A DNA stretch of 59,670 bases from an uncultured Acidimicrobium sp. (GTDB lineage Bacteria; Actinomycetota; Acidimicrobiia; Acidimicrobiales; Ilumatobacteraceae): the NCBI GenBank assembly GCA_964532575.1, contig CAZHIN010000001.1, forward strand, positions 21,294-80,963, written 5' to 3'. A program made the position numbers and the translations under genes. Of the stretch, positions 19,026 through 27,533 are shown in pieces. Within the stretch, counting starts at the first letter, position 1; the number at the start of each line of letters is the position of its first letter. The notes under the pieces were generated by a model. The model had not been told where the DNA came from. It made no database searches and saw nothing but the letters and a program-made list of their open reading frames with translations.

Positions 19026-20246
19026 ATGAACCCGACATACAGCGCAGCGGCGGAAGAGTATCGCGAAAAAGTGCAGGCGTTTTTGGCCGAAAAGTTGCCT
19101 CCAAATTGGAAGGGAACTGGAGCACTCACTGGTGATGCGCTTGAGCATTTCATCACCGAATGGCGCGCAACGTTGTTCTCGTCTGGGTACCTTGCTCCTG
19201 GTTGGCCTGTCGAATTTGGTGGCGGTGGATTGTCTGAACTTGAACAAGTCATCATCGCTGAAGAGTTTGCGCGCGCTGGCGTACCCACCGGTGGTCACAA
19301 CGATGTGTTCAGTATTCAGATGCTCGGCAACACCTTGTTGTTGTTTGGTACCGAGGAACAAAAGCGTTACTACTTGCCGCGGTTGCTTGCAGGCGAAGAT
19401 ACATGGTGTCAGGGCTATAGCGAACCAAATGCGGGCAGTGACTTGTCAAACGTTGGATTGCGCGCAGAGTTAGATGGCGATCAATGGATATTGAACGGAC
19501 AAAAGATTTGGACTTCGGCCGGACATCTTGCCGATCATATTTTTACGCTGGCACGAACAGACCCCGATGCTCCTAAACACAAGGGCATCTCGTTTTTGCT
19601 CGTCGATATGAGACAACCAGGGGTCTTAGTACGACCAATCAAGATGCTGTCGGGTGAGAGCGAATTTAACGAAGTGTTTTACACCGACGCAGTGGTGCCA
19701 AAAGAAAATGTTGTTGGCGGTGTCAATAATGGTTGGGCAGTTGCAATGGGACTGCTTGGTTTTGAGCGCGGTGCTGCAGCATCAATTGCGCCGATTGCAT
19801 TTGAAGCCGAGTTTGATCGGTTGTTGCAACTGGCAAAAGATCGCGGTGTCAACAATGACCCACGTATTCGCCAAAAGTTGGCATGGTGCTTTTCAAAAGT
19901 GCAAGTAATGCGTTATCTAGGAATGCGCACGCTGACAAAGTTTTTGGCCGGACATCACCCTGGGCCTGACGGTGCAATCTTTAAGTTGTACTGGAGCGAA
20001 TACCACAAGATCGTTACTGAATTGGGCGTAGATATTTTAGGAATGGATGCGATGGCTCCGACTGGGCGCAAACCTTCAAGTTCGTTTTCAACCGACGATG
20101 CTGGTGCGCCAAACGATTCGATGAGTTGGGCAATGACATTTTTGAATGCACGCGCCGGAACAATTTACGCGGGCTCGTCTCAGGTACAGCGCAATATCAT
20201 CGGCGAGATGGTGTTGGGTCTACCCAAGGAACCAAAGCCAGGCTGA
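19026..20246 (+). CDS. Acyl-CoA dehydrogenase family protein
   Basis: ACAD layout (GYSEPNAGSDL, FERG, IYAGSSQVQRNIIGE). ATG 19026 (MNPTYSAAAEEY) lies just after the ROK stop; the upstream part of the track ORF overlaps ROK. Confidence 0.9.
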   Translation: MNPTYSAAAEEYREKVQAFLAEKLPPNWKGTGALTGDALEHFITEWRATLFSSGYLAPGWPVEFGGGGLSELEQVIIAEEFARAGVPTGGHNDVFSIQMLGNTLLLFGTEEQKRYYLPRLLAGEDTWCQGYSEPNAGSDLSNVGLRAELDGDQWILNGQKIWTSAGHLADHIFTLARTDPDAPKHKGISFLLVDMRQPGVLVRPIKMLSGESEFNEVFYTDAVVPKENVVGGVNNGWAVAMGLLGFERGAAASIAPIAFEAEFDRLLQLAKDRGVNNDPRIRQKLAWCFSKVQVMRYLGMRTLTKFLAGHHPGPDGAIFKLYWSEYHKIVTELGVDILGMDAMAPTGRKPSSSFSTDDAGAPNDSMSWAMTFLNARAGTIYAGSSQVQRNIIGEMVLGLPKEPKPG

Positions 20247-20250
20247 TCTG

Positions 20251-20538
20251 ATGTTGGTTGGCCGCACATACATAAAGCTTGTTGGCGCTGTGGTCGTGCG
20301 GCCCAGCCTGTGGGTGAGTGCACTTCGCTCGGCCAAGCATTTGGTGCCACGACAGTGGTGGCGCAGTGGATCGCATCTGCCTATGCCTCCTCGCGCATAT
20401 ATCGATTTTCGAATGAGCACCCAATATGGTTACGGCGCAGACCAGCCAGAGATTGCCGACATTATTGATTATTTGGAGTGGTCAAAAGATTGGCACAGTA
20501 CCGGCACGTCGATGCGTCGACGACTTCGAAAGATTTAA
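20251..20538 (+). CDS. Hypothetical protein (95 aa, basic, Trp-rich)
   Basis: ATG 20251 lies 5 nt after the acyl-CoA dehydrogenase stop, and the stop lies 3 nt before the HNH gene. I recognise no family. Confidence 0.4.
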   Translation: MLVGRTYIKLVGAVVVRPSLWVSALRSAKHLVPRQWWRSGSHLPMPPRAYIDFRMSTQYGYGADQPEIADIIDYLEWSKDWHSTGTSMRRRLRKI

Positions 20539-20541
20539 CTG

Positions 20542-21039
20542 ATGCGAAGCGCGCTGGTATTAAATGCAACATACGAGCCGCTGAGTGTTGTCTCAGCGCG
20601 ACGCGCTGTGTGTTTAGTGTTGTCGGAGAAAGCCGAGATCATTGAAGACGATGGAACGCAAATCCATTCGGAGACAATGAGTATTCCTGGTCCGCTCGTG
20701 ATTCGACTGCGCTACATGGTCAAGGTTCCGTATCATCGTCGCACAGCGCTCTCTCGCCGTGCGGTGTTTGCTCGAGATGATCACCGCTGTCAATATTGCG
20801 GCGGAGTCGCTGACTCGATTGATCATGTGATGCCACGCTCGCGCGGGGGTATGCATATTTGGGAAAATGTGACGGCTGCATGTCGCCCGTGCAACTTGCG
20901 CAAGCGCGACAGAACTCCTGAAGAGGCAGGAATGCTGCTGGAGTCACAGCCTCTTGCACCGCGCGAATTGGCGTGGATCACTGTGTCGGTGGGACGTGTG
21001 CCCGACGAGTGGAAGCAGTATCTTGCCGCTGCATCCTGA
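20542..21039 (+). CDS. HNH endonuclease family protein
   Basis: 165 aa. CQYCGG...IDHVMPRSRGG...WENVTAACRPCNLRK (HNH/Zn motif). Confidence 0.85.
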   Translation: MRSALVLNATYEPLSVVSARRAVCLVLSEKAEIIEDDGTQIHSETMSIPGPLVIRLRYMVKVPYHRRTALSRRAVFARDDHRCQYCGGVADSIDHVMPRSRGGMHIWENVTAACRPCNLRKRDRTPEEAGMLLESQPLAPRELAWITVSVGRVPDEWKQYLAAAS

Positions 21040-21061
21040 GTCAACTTGGAATGTTGTACAT

Positions 21062-21751
21062 GTGCGCACGACAGCGTCAGAGCAACACAGTCGCACTCTT
21101 GTCGCAGAACGAAGCGTCTGGAATGTGGACATCACCGGCACGGCGATTGTGTTGGGATCACGCCAAACTGAAGCCGAATTACATCTAGATGCGTGCGCAT
21201 CGGCGAACGTAGAAATAGTGCGTCGTCGCAGTGGTGGCGCAATGGTGTTCCTTGTGCCCGGCAAGCAGGTGTGGCTAGATGTGGTGATTCCCAAAGGTGA
21301 TCCTCTTTGGATTGACGATGTTGGGCGAGCGTCGTGGTGGTTAGGTGATGTGTGGCTCGCGACGATCGAGTCACTCGCGCCTGGTCGAAACATATCGGCA
21401 CATGTGCATCGACAAGATCTGGTGCGGGGTGAGTATGGCGACTTGGTGTGTTTTTCTGGCGCTGGTCCGGGAGAAGTGCTGGCGGGCGAGAGCGCTAATA
21501 ACGCTGCGAAGATCGTAGGCATTAGCCAAAGACGCACCCAAGACCTAGCGCGTTTTCAATGCACGATGTATTTGCAGTGGGGACCTGAGATGGCGCTGCA
21601 GTTTGGACAATTGTTACGTGACCCCAAAGCGGCGCGTGCTGAAATGCAAGCAAATCTCGAGCACAGCGTGATGCCACTCAGCCAGATCGCGAGCGGCATG
21701 ACCGCAAGCGACGTACTGACTGCTTTCATGGCTCAAATAGCTCGCGTTTAA
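21062..21751 (+). CDS. Biotin/lipoate A/B protein ligase family protein (LplA-like)
   Basis: VRRRSGGAMVF and KIVGISQRR resemble BPL_LplA_LipB core motifs. GTG 21062 is the first plausible start after the HNH stop; the track ORF begins inside HNH. Confidence 0.7.
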   Translation: MRTTASEQHSRTLVAERSVWNVDITGTAIVLGSRQTEAELHLDACASANVEIVRRRSGGAMVFLVPGKQVWLDVVIPKGDPLWIDDVGRASWWLGDVWLATIESLAPGRNISAHVHRQDLVRGEYGDLVCFSGAGPGEVLAGESANNAAKIVGISQRRTQDLARFQCTMYLQWGPEMALQFGQLLRDPKAARAEMQANLEHSVMPLSQIASGMTASDVLTAFMAQIARV

Positions 21752-21813
21752 CACAGCGTCTACCGCGCACTCAGCTACTTCTCCGAGCACAGCCTCGGCT
21801 TGATACTCAGAAA

Positions 21814-21840
21814 CATGGCTGCCCTGCCGTGGCTTTTTTT
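21814..21840 (+). terminator. Weak candidate intrinsic terminator after the LplA-like gene
   Basis: CAUGGC-UGCCCU-GCCGUG forms a 6-bp stem (one G-U), followed by GC and then a T7 run (21834-21840). Confidence 0.3.
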
Positions 21841-21865
21841 GCCCTTCGTGAGGCCTCCTAAAAAA

Positions 21866-21916
21866 GTGGAGAAAAGTGGGGGATAATGCTTGTAAGTGGG
21901 GGAAAGTGGGGATAAT
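21866..21916 (+). promoter_or_regulatory. Putative MraZ operator array overlapping a candidate dcw promoter
   Basis: Direct repeats GTGGAG (21866), GTGGGG (21876), GTGGGG (21896) and GTGGGG (21906) are phased at 10, 20 and 10 bp. GATAAT -10-like hexamers sit at 21882 and 21911. About 95-140 nt upstream of mraZ. Confidence 0.55.
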
Positions 21917-22008
21917 CTAAAGCCACTTGGTTGGAGCGATGGCTCAAACCCAGTGGCAGCAAGGAAAGCAAGAAAAGCAAGAAGTACAAAGCGGCAGCGG
22001 AGGCCACA

Positions 22009-22425
22009 GTGTTTGTAGGGGTGCATGAGCGTCAGTTGGACCCAAAGGGTCGGCTTGGATTGCCTGCTTCATTTCGTCCCCGTTTAGAACCCCGTTGTTA
22101 CCTTTCGATTGGGCGCGACAAGTGCGTTGACATCTTGACGGCAGAGGCATTTGAGGCAGTCGCCAAGGACGCAGTCGAGAAAGTGCGCTCGGGCGAGATG
22201 GATCGCAATCAGCAGCGTGCGCTTGCGAGTAACACCTTTGAAGTTGTTGTGGATGCGCAAGGCCGCATCAATATCGATGAAATTTTGCGCGAATACGCAG
22301 GCCTCACTCTTAATTCGCGAGTCGTTGTCAGCGGCTCATTCGATCGTGCAGAAATTTGGGATCCAACGCGCCATCAGCGCATCAGCGACGAAGGCCTGCA
22401 GCAAATTGCGGGCACTGGTCAATAG
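22009..22425 (+). CDS. mraZ: Transcriptional regulator MraZ
   Basis: Two SpoVT/AbrB-like halves with DxxGR motifs (LDPKGRLGLP, VDAQGRINI). GTG 22009 (VFVGVHERQLDPKGR) with GGAGG 6 nt upstream fits the family N-terminus. The track start at 21931 adds a Lys-rich extension not seen in the family. Confidence 0.9.
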   Translation: MFVGVHERQLDPKGRLGLPASFRPRLEPRCYLSIGRDKCVDILTAEAFEAVAKDAVEKVRSGEMDRNQQRALASNTFEVVVDAQGRINIDEILREYAGLTLNSRVVVSGSFDRAEIWDPTRHQRISDEGLQQIAGTGQ

Positions 22426-22495
22426 AGAAACCTCGCGAAGGGAGACAAGTCACGAACCAACGAAACGTGTAGCAAGTTCGAGACCACTCCACAAG

Positions 22496-22621
22496 GTTTC
22501 GCTCTTCAGCAGTCTTCCGGTGAGCAAGGTAGACAGCATCAACTCCGCCCGCTTCTATCTCGTACGCGCGGGGAGACATCCCGGCGGCACCGCAAGCCGG
22601 GGGACTGCTGAAGAGCGAAGC
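22496..22621 (+). ncRNA. Candidate structured RNA element in the mraZ-rsmH spacer (long hairpin; position matches the mraW/rsmH leader motif)
   Basis: 22496-22520 pairs with 22621-22597 as 25 contiguous base pairs (22 Watson-Crick plus 3 G-U; the central 15 bp CGCTCTTCAGCAGTC/GACTGCTGAAGAGCG are perfect). It encloses a 76-nt GC-rich apical region with further stem potential (CCCGC 22548-52 / GCGGG 22568-72). Confidence 0.4.
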
Positions 22622-22671
22622 ACAGGTTTTGAAAAGTTGCGCACAGGTTTTTCACTCGTGAACAAACTCTT

Positions 22672-23652
22672 ATGCCAAAACTCGTAAACAATCCAGTAAA
22701 CAGTTTGACTTCGTTCGGTCACGCGCCAGTGATGGCTGCGGAAATCGTTGAAGTGTTTGCGCCGGTTCCACACGGCGTGGTTGTGGATGCAACATTGGGC
22801 GGTGCGGGTCACACAGTTCGCTTGCTCAATGCGTATCCGTGGATGCGAGTGCTTGGCATCGATCAAGATCCAGTTGCAATTGAGCATGGCCGCAAATTGA
22901 CGAAGCAAGATGCACAAGTTGGCGAACGCTTGCTGATCGAGCAGGGGCGTTTCGACGAGATGGCTGCGATGCTTGAGCGCAACAGCATTACCGAAATTGC
23001 TGGAGCGCTGTTTGATCTTGGTGTTTCGTCGCCGCAACTCGACATGGCTGAGCGTGGTTTTTCGTATCGCAATGCAGGACCACTTGATATGCGAATGGAC
23101 ACATTGCAGCAGCTCACCGCATCGGATGTTGTTAATTCGTACGACGTCGAACAACTGACGCATGTGCTGCGCAACAATGCCGATGAGCGATTTGCGTATC
23201 GAATTAGCAAGGCGATTATTGCTGCGCGACCAATTACCGACACGGTGCAATTGGCCGAGATTATTGCGGGGGCAATACCTGCACCAGCACGACGCACCGG
23301 CGGGCATCCGGCAAAGCGCAGTTTTCAAGCCATTCGCATTGAGGTAAATAAGGAGCTCGATATTTTGCCCCACGCTCTCAATCAAGCGATTCGAGCAACG
23401 AGTCCTGGTGGGCGCATTGCTGTGTTGTCGTATCACTCAGGAGAAGATCGCATCGTTAAGCAGGCCTTTAAGGACGCTGAGTCAAACCCGATGGTGCAGA
23501 TAGTGGCATCGCCGTATCACCACCACGCATCGCCATTGCACAAACTCGTGCGCAAAGTGCGAGTGAGCGAGCGTCCGAGTGCACAAGAGATCGAACAAAA
23601 CCCACGAGCTGCTTCGGCACGGTTGCGGGTTATAGAGAAAGTGAGTAGTTGA
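22672..23652 (+). CDS. rsmH: 16S rRNA (cytosine1402-N4)-methyltransferase
   Basis: GHAPVM, DATLGGAGH, DLGVSSPQLD, SYHSGEDRIVK are canonical RsmH/MraW motifs. Confidence 0.95.
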   Translation: MPKLVNNPVNSLTSFGHAPVMAAEIVEVFAPVPHGVVVDATLGGAGHTVRLLNAYPWMRVLGIDQDPVAIEHGRKLTKQDAQVGERLLIEQGRFDEMAAMLERNSITEIAGALFDLGVSSPQLDMAERGFSYRNAGPLDMRMDTLQQLTASDVVNSYDVEQLTHVLRNNADERFAYRISKAIIAARPITDTVQLAEIIAGAIPAPARRTGGHPAKRSFQAIRIEVNKELDILPHALNQAIRATSPGGRIAVLSYHSGEDRIVKQAFKDAESNPMVQIVASPYHHHASPLHKLVRKVRVSERPSAQEIEQNPRAASARLRVIEKVSS

Positions 23653-23653
23653 G

Positions 23654-24145
23654 ATGGCGCTAGCGATTGCAGTTGAGCGGAGGCCACAACCTGGTCGACG
23701 TCGAGTTCAGTCGACACCCCCTGAGCGCCATCTCACTCTCGTTCCTCAGGCCACGCGCCGAACGCTTCGACTTTTTGCGGCAGGTGCTGTTGGCCTGTTT
23801 CTTTTGATGAGTATCGCTATCGGGTTTCAAGCAGTGATTGCCGAACAACAGTTGAAGTTGGATCATGTGTCGAGCGAACTGCGCTTGGCAAAGTTGTATC
23901 AGGATCAACTTCGCCAGCAGCGAGCAGGATTGCTCGCACCAGAGTATTTGCGCACGCAAGCCGGATTGCAAGGCATGTCGCAAGGTCTCGGATCACGCTT
24001 TGTTGAGGTTCCACAAGATGTCGTTGCACAGGTTGTGATTGCAACAGGGTTGATGGATCCGCAGATTGCTGAACCATCTGCGTTGTCGCGTGTTGATCTG
24101 CTTGCGCCACTCGCGAAGATGCAACAGGTGCAGGTCAAACCATGA
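23654..24145 (+). CDS. ftsL: Cell division protein FtsL-like (bitopic, coiled coil)
   Basis: 163 aa. Basic N-terminus, a single TM (LFAAGAVGLFLLMSIAIGFQAVI), then a heptad-like region. The rsmH-ftsI position is the conserved ftsL slot. Confidence 0.65.
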   Translation: MALAIAVERRPQPGRRRVQSTPPERHLTLVPQATRRTLRLFAAGAVGLFLLMSIAIGFQAVIAEQQLKLDHVSSELRLAKLYQDQLRQQRAGLLAPEYLRTQAGLQGMSQGLGSRFVEVPQDVVAQVVIATGLMDPQIAEPSALSRVDLLAPLAKMQQVQVKP

Positions 24146-26073
24146 GCGTCGTAGCCGGCGGTCGCGGTGGGCGAGTGCCTACGACACGTGTGCAGCCACG
24201 ACAAAAATCTCGACAAAACTCTCGACAGCAAGCACGAAAAAGCCACACTGCTGCCGATGTGGTGCGGGAGCGCGCTCGAACTTCGGTCACTTCCTTCTAC
24301 ACCAATCTGCAAGGTGGCAAAATTCGCTTTCGACTTGTTGCCATGTATGTGTTCGTTTCGCTGTTGTTGATCACGATGCTTGTTCGCGTTTCGTACCTGC
24401 AAACAGTTGGTGCAAGTGGATATCGCGACGCAAGCGTGAGTCAACGAACTCGAATTTCAACTGACTTCGCAGAGCGTGGTTCGATCCTCGATCGAAACGG
24501 ACTCGAGCTGGCGCTTCCAGTGCCTACACGCACCGTTTTCGCTGATCCTCGAATTATTGTTGACCCAGTCGCGACTGCACATGCCATCGCTGGTGTGTTG
24601 GGATTGTCGCCTGAAGATGAGTTGGTGTTGGCGAGCAAATTGCAAAATACGGCTTCAAGTTTTGTCTATATCGCACGACAGGCAAGCAAAGAAGTTTCGG
24701 ATGCTCTGACCGGGCTCGGTCTTGCTGGAATCTCGTCGTATGCCGAGCAAAGCCGAACGCTCACGTCCGATGGCTTGCGTGCTCTTGTTGGCCGCACCGA
24801 TATTGACGGGGTGGGTATCTCTGGTCTGGAAGAGCAGTTTGATGAGTTGCTGGGCGGTGTTGATGGCCGAACCGTGCGCGAAGTCAATAGCAAGGGGCAA
24901 TCGATACCGACTGGGGATGATGCCAGTCAGGTTGCAGTACCGGGTCAAGATTTAGTGACAACGATTGATCGCAACATTCAGTTTCAGGTAGATGCAATTG
25001 TTACCCAACAGATCACCCGTCTCAATGCTCGCGGAGGTGCTGCGATCGTGATGGACTCGACGACTGGCGAAATTTATGCGATGTCAACTATTCGCAAAAA
25101 TACCGATGGCACGTATACCGCAGACTCTGGCAACTTCGCAGCAGTTGATGCGTATGAGCCAGGATCGGTAGCAAAAGTATTCAGTATCTCTGCTGCACTC
25201 AACGAAGGGACGGTTGAACCCAACTCGGTATTCAAGGTTCCAGGTAAGCAGTCATTCAACGAAGGAACTCAATGGGTGCACTCGATTACCGATGCGTTTC
25301 CACACGGACTTGAAGCAATGACCGTGCGCAAGATCATCGTCGATTCGTCAAACCTTGGCACCGTGCAAATTGCACAAACGATGCCGGCCGAGACGCTCTA
25401 TAACTATCTGCACGAGTATGGGTTCGGTACCAAGACTGACGTCAATTACCCGGGCGAGAGCAAAGGGTTATTGAAACCGTTTGATCAGTTGCGAGGAACT
25501 GAAAAAATTACGACAGCCTATGGCTATGGTTATTCGGCAAGTGCACTGCAGTTAATTGCAGGTGTCAATGTGGTTGCCAATAATGGTGTCTATGTAGCGC
25601 CTCGTCTTGTAAATTCGGTAATCGACCTAAACGGCATCAATCAGCCAACTGCGCCTTCTGCCACCCATACGGTGATCAAACCAGAAGTGGCGGCAACAAT
25701 GCGCTCGCTGATGAGTGACGTCGTGTGTTTTGGAACTGCGTCGCTCGCAAAGGTGAATGGAATGACCGTGGCCGGTAAAACTGGCACGGGGTACAAGCGC
25801 CAAGACAACGGCACATATGTGAAGGACGATGGATCTCGCGCATACTTCGCATCATTTGTTGGATTCTTGCCAGCAGAAAATCCACGCTTCACCGTGTTGG
25901 TGTCGATCGACGAACCAGATCCTGCATCGCGCGATCGCTTCGGTGGCACGGCGGCTGCGCCAGTGTTTGCAAATATCGCTCAAGTACTGATCAATGAACT
26001 TGATATTCGTCCCGCAGCAACAGACATGGGTTGTCCAAAACAACGCCCTGCCGAGTTGGGGCCAGCGCACTAG
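24142..26073 (+). CDS. ftsI: Penicillin-binding protein (class B transpeptidase, FtsI/PBP3-like)
   Basis: 643 aa. N-terminal TM, PBP dimerisation region, SxxK (GSVAK), SxN (SSN), KTG (GKTGTG). Confidence 0.92.
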   Translation: MSVVAGGRGGRVPTTRVQPRQKSRQNSRQQARKSHTAADVVRERARTSVTSFYTNLQGGKIRFRLVAMYVFVSLLLITMLVRVSYLQTVGASGYRDASVSQRTRISTDFAERGSILDRNGLELALPVPTRTVFADPRIIVDPVATAHAIAGVLGLSPEDELVLASKLQNTASSFVYIARQASKEVSDALTGLGLAGISSYAEQSRTLTSDGLRALVGRTDIDGVGISGLEEQFDELLGGVDGRTVREVNSKGQSIPTGDDASQVAVPGQDLVTTIDRNIQFQVDAIVTQQITRLNARGGAAIVMDSTTGEIYAMSTIRKNTDGTYTADSGNFAAVDAYEPGSVAKVFSISAALNEGTVEPNSVFKVPGKQSFNEGTQWVHSITDAFPHGLEAMTVRKIIVDSSNLGTVQIAQTMPAETLYNYLHEYGFGTKTDVNYPGESKGLLKPFDQLRGTEKITTAYGYGYSASALQLIAGVNVVANNGVYVAPRLVNSVIDLNGINQPTAPSATHTVIKPEVAATMRSLMSDVVCFGTASLAKVNGMTVAGKTGTGYKRQDNGTYVKDDGSRAYFASFVGFLPAENPRFTVLVSIDEPDPASRDRFGGTAAAPVFANIAQVLINELDIRPAATDMGCPKQRPAELGPAH

Positions 26074-26075
26074 TG

Positions 26076-27533
26076 ATGAAGGCGACGACGAATACGGTCG
26101 CGCCTGTAGCGCTTGGCGCACTGCTCGAATCAACATTTGTCGGGCAGCTGCCGGGTGTGATGTACACCTCGGTTGGCTCGCTTGATGTATTGGTCAACGA
26201 CATCACCAATGATTCAAAACAAGTAGGGCGTGGCGCGTTGTATTGCTGTGTGGTGGGTGACAGCACCGACGGACATGATTTTGCTGAAGAGGCACTGAAT
26301 GCAGGTGCAGTCGCATTGTTGGTAGAGCGTGCATTGTCCATCGATTGCCCACAGGTAATCGTGAGTGATAGTCGTCGCGCAATGGGCGAGATTGCGGCGG
26401 CTTTTTACGATTATCCAAGTACAAAGATGCGTGTTGTGGGTATTACAGGCACAAACGGCAAAACGACAACTGCGCATCTGTTGGGCGCGATCTTTCGTCA
26501 GCAGGGTATAAAAACTGAAGTATTCGGAACTCTCTCGGGAGCGAGAACGACACCAGAATCGTGCGATTTGCAAAGAAATTTGTGGCTAGCAGCCAACGCC
26601 GGAGTTGGGGCTGTGGTGATGGAAGTGACTTCGCATGCACTTGCTTTGCAACGCATTGTGGGGACGCAATTTGCTGCTGTGGTGTTTCTTAATCTTTCGC
26701 CCGAGCATTTGGATTTTCATAAAACGCTTGAACAATATTTTGCGGCAAAGGCAACACTGTTTGACCGACGGTTTGCAAACTTGGCAATCGTGAATCGTGA
26801 TGATGTGCATGGGCAATTGCTGCTGGATGCAGTGGAAATTGACACCGTAAGTTTTGGGTTGAGCGATGTAGACAAGGTTGAGGTAACTCCCACTAGTCAT
26901 TCGTATGTTTGGCACAACAAGACCGTGCAGGTTGCCCTTGGTGGAAAATTTAATGTTGCAAATTCGCTTGCTGCCGCCACTGTGGCAGCCAGTCTTGGAG
27001 TCGACGTTGTCGACATCATTGCAGGACTGGCTGCTGCAGGAACGGTTGCTGGTCGGTATCAATCGGTATCTACCAACATTCCGTTTGATGTGATTGTTGA
27101 CTACGCACACACTCCGGATGCGCTCAGTCGTGTGTTGGAGAGCACGAGAGAAGTGATCTCGCAAGGAGGAAAAATAATTTTGGTGTTTGGCTGTGGTGGC
27201 GATCGCGACACAACAAAGCGTGCGATGATGGGCAAGGTCGCAGCACTTGGTGCCGACCGTGTCATTGTTACATCAGACAATCCTCGGTCAGAAGAACCCT
27301 CTGACATCGCTCAGCAGATTACTTCTGGGATCGATAATGAAGTGGGCCGATCGCATGTAAGTGTCGAGTTGGATCGACGATCTGCAATAGAATTGGCATT
27401 AATGACAGCCAGAAAGGGTGATGTCGTGATCATCGCTGGCAAGGGTCATGAAACAACCCAAACCATTGGCAATCAGGTGCTGCCATTTAATGATGCACAA
27501 GTTGCCAACGAACTGATAGGTGCGCTCTCGTGA
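26076..27533 (+). CDS. murE: UDP-MurNAc-L-Ala-D-Glu:meso-diaminopimelate ligase
   Basis: Mur ligase P-loop GITGTNGKTTT and a DNPR motif (TSDNPRSE) typical of DAP-adding MurE. ATG 26076 (or GTG 26073) lies right at the ftsI stop. Confidence 0.93.
   Translation: MKATTNTVAPVALGALLESTFVGQLPGVMYTSVGSLDVLVNDITNDSKQVGRGALYCCVVGDSTDGHDFAEEALNAGAVALLVERALSIDCPQVIVSDSRRAMGEIAAAFYDYPSTKMRVVGITGTNGKTTTAHLLGAIFRQQGIKTEVFGTLSGARTTPESCDLQRNLWLAANAGVGAVVMEVTSHALALQRIVGTQFAAVVFLNLSPEHLDFHKTLEQYFAAKATLFDRRFANLAIVNRDDVHGQLLLDAVEIDTVSFGLSDVDKVEVTPTSHSYVWHNKTVQVALGGKFNVANSLAAATVAASLGVDVVDIIAGLAAAGTVAGRYQSVSTNIPFDVIVDYAHTPDALSRVLESTREVISQGGKIILVFGCGGDRDTTKRAMMGKVAALGADRVIVTSDNPRSEEPSDIAQQITSGIDNEVGRSHVSVELDRRSAIELALMTARKGDVVIIAGKGHETTQTIGNQVLPFNDAQVANELIGALS

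Noticed and set aside
20542-21039. HNH endonuclease as a sign of a mobile element, homing endonuclease or defence locus
   Set aside because: It is a stand-alone small HNH gene tightly packed between housekeeping genes. There is no integrase, no flanking repeats, no methyltransferase or ATPase partner, and no compositional break.
21775-22026. 83-aa minus-strand ORF over the mraZ promoter region
   Set aside because: It is antisense to the repeat and promoter region and to the mraZ 5' end, has low-complexity composition, and has no RBS or start context. It is most likely a chance ORF.
22472-22490. GTTCGAGAC resembling a tRNA T-loop
   Set aside because: The flanking bases do not form a T-stem (GCAAG versus CCACT), and no acceptor or anticodon stems can be drawn. 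It is not a tRNA.
22151-22687. 178-aa ORF spanning the 3' half of mraZ and the whole mraZ-rsmH spacer
   Set aside because: It is out of frame with the well-supported mraZ and has an Arg/Ser-rich, junk-like composition with no recognisable motif. The spacer is better explained by the long RNA helix.
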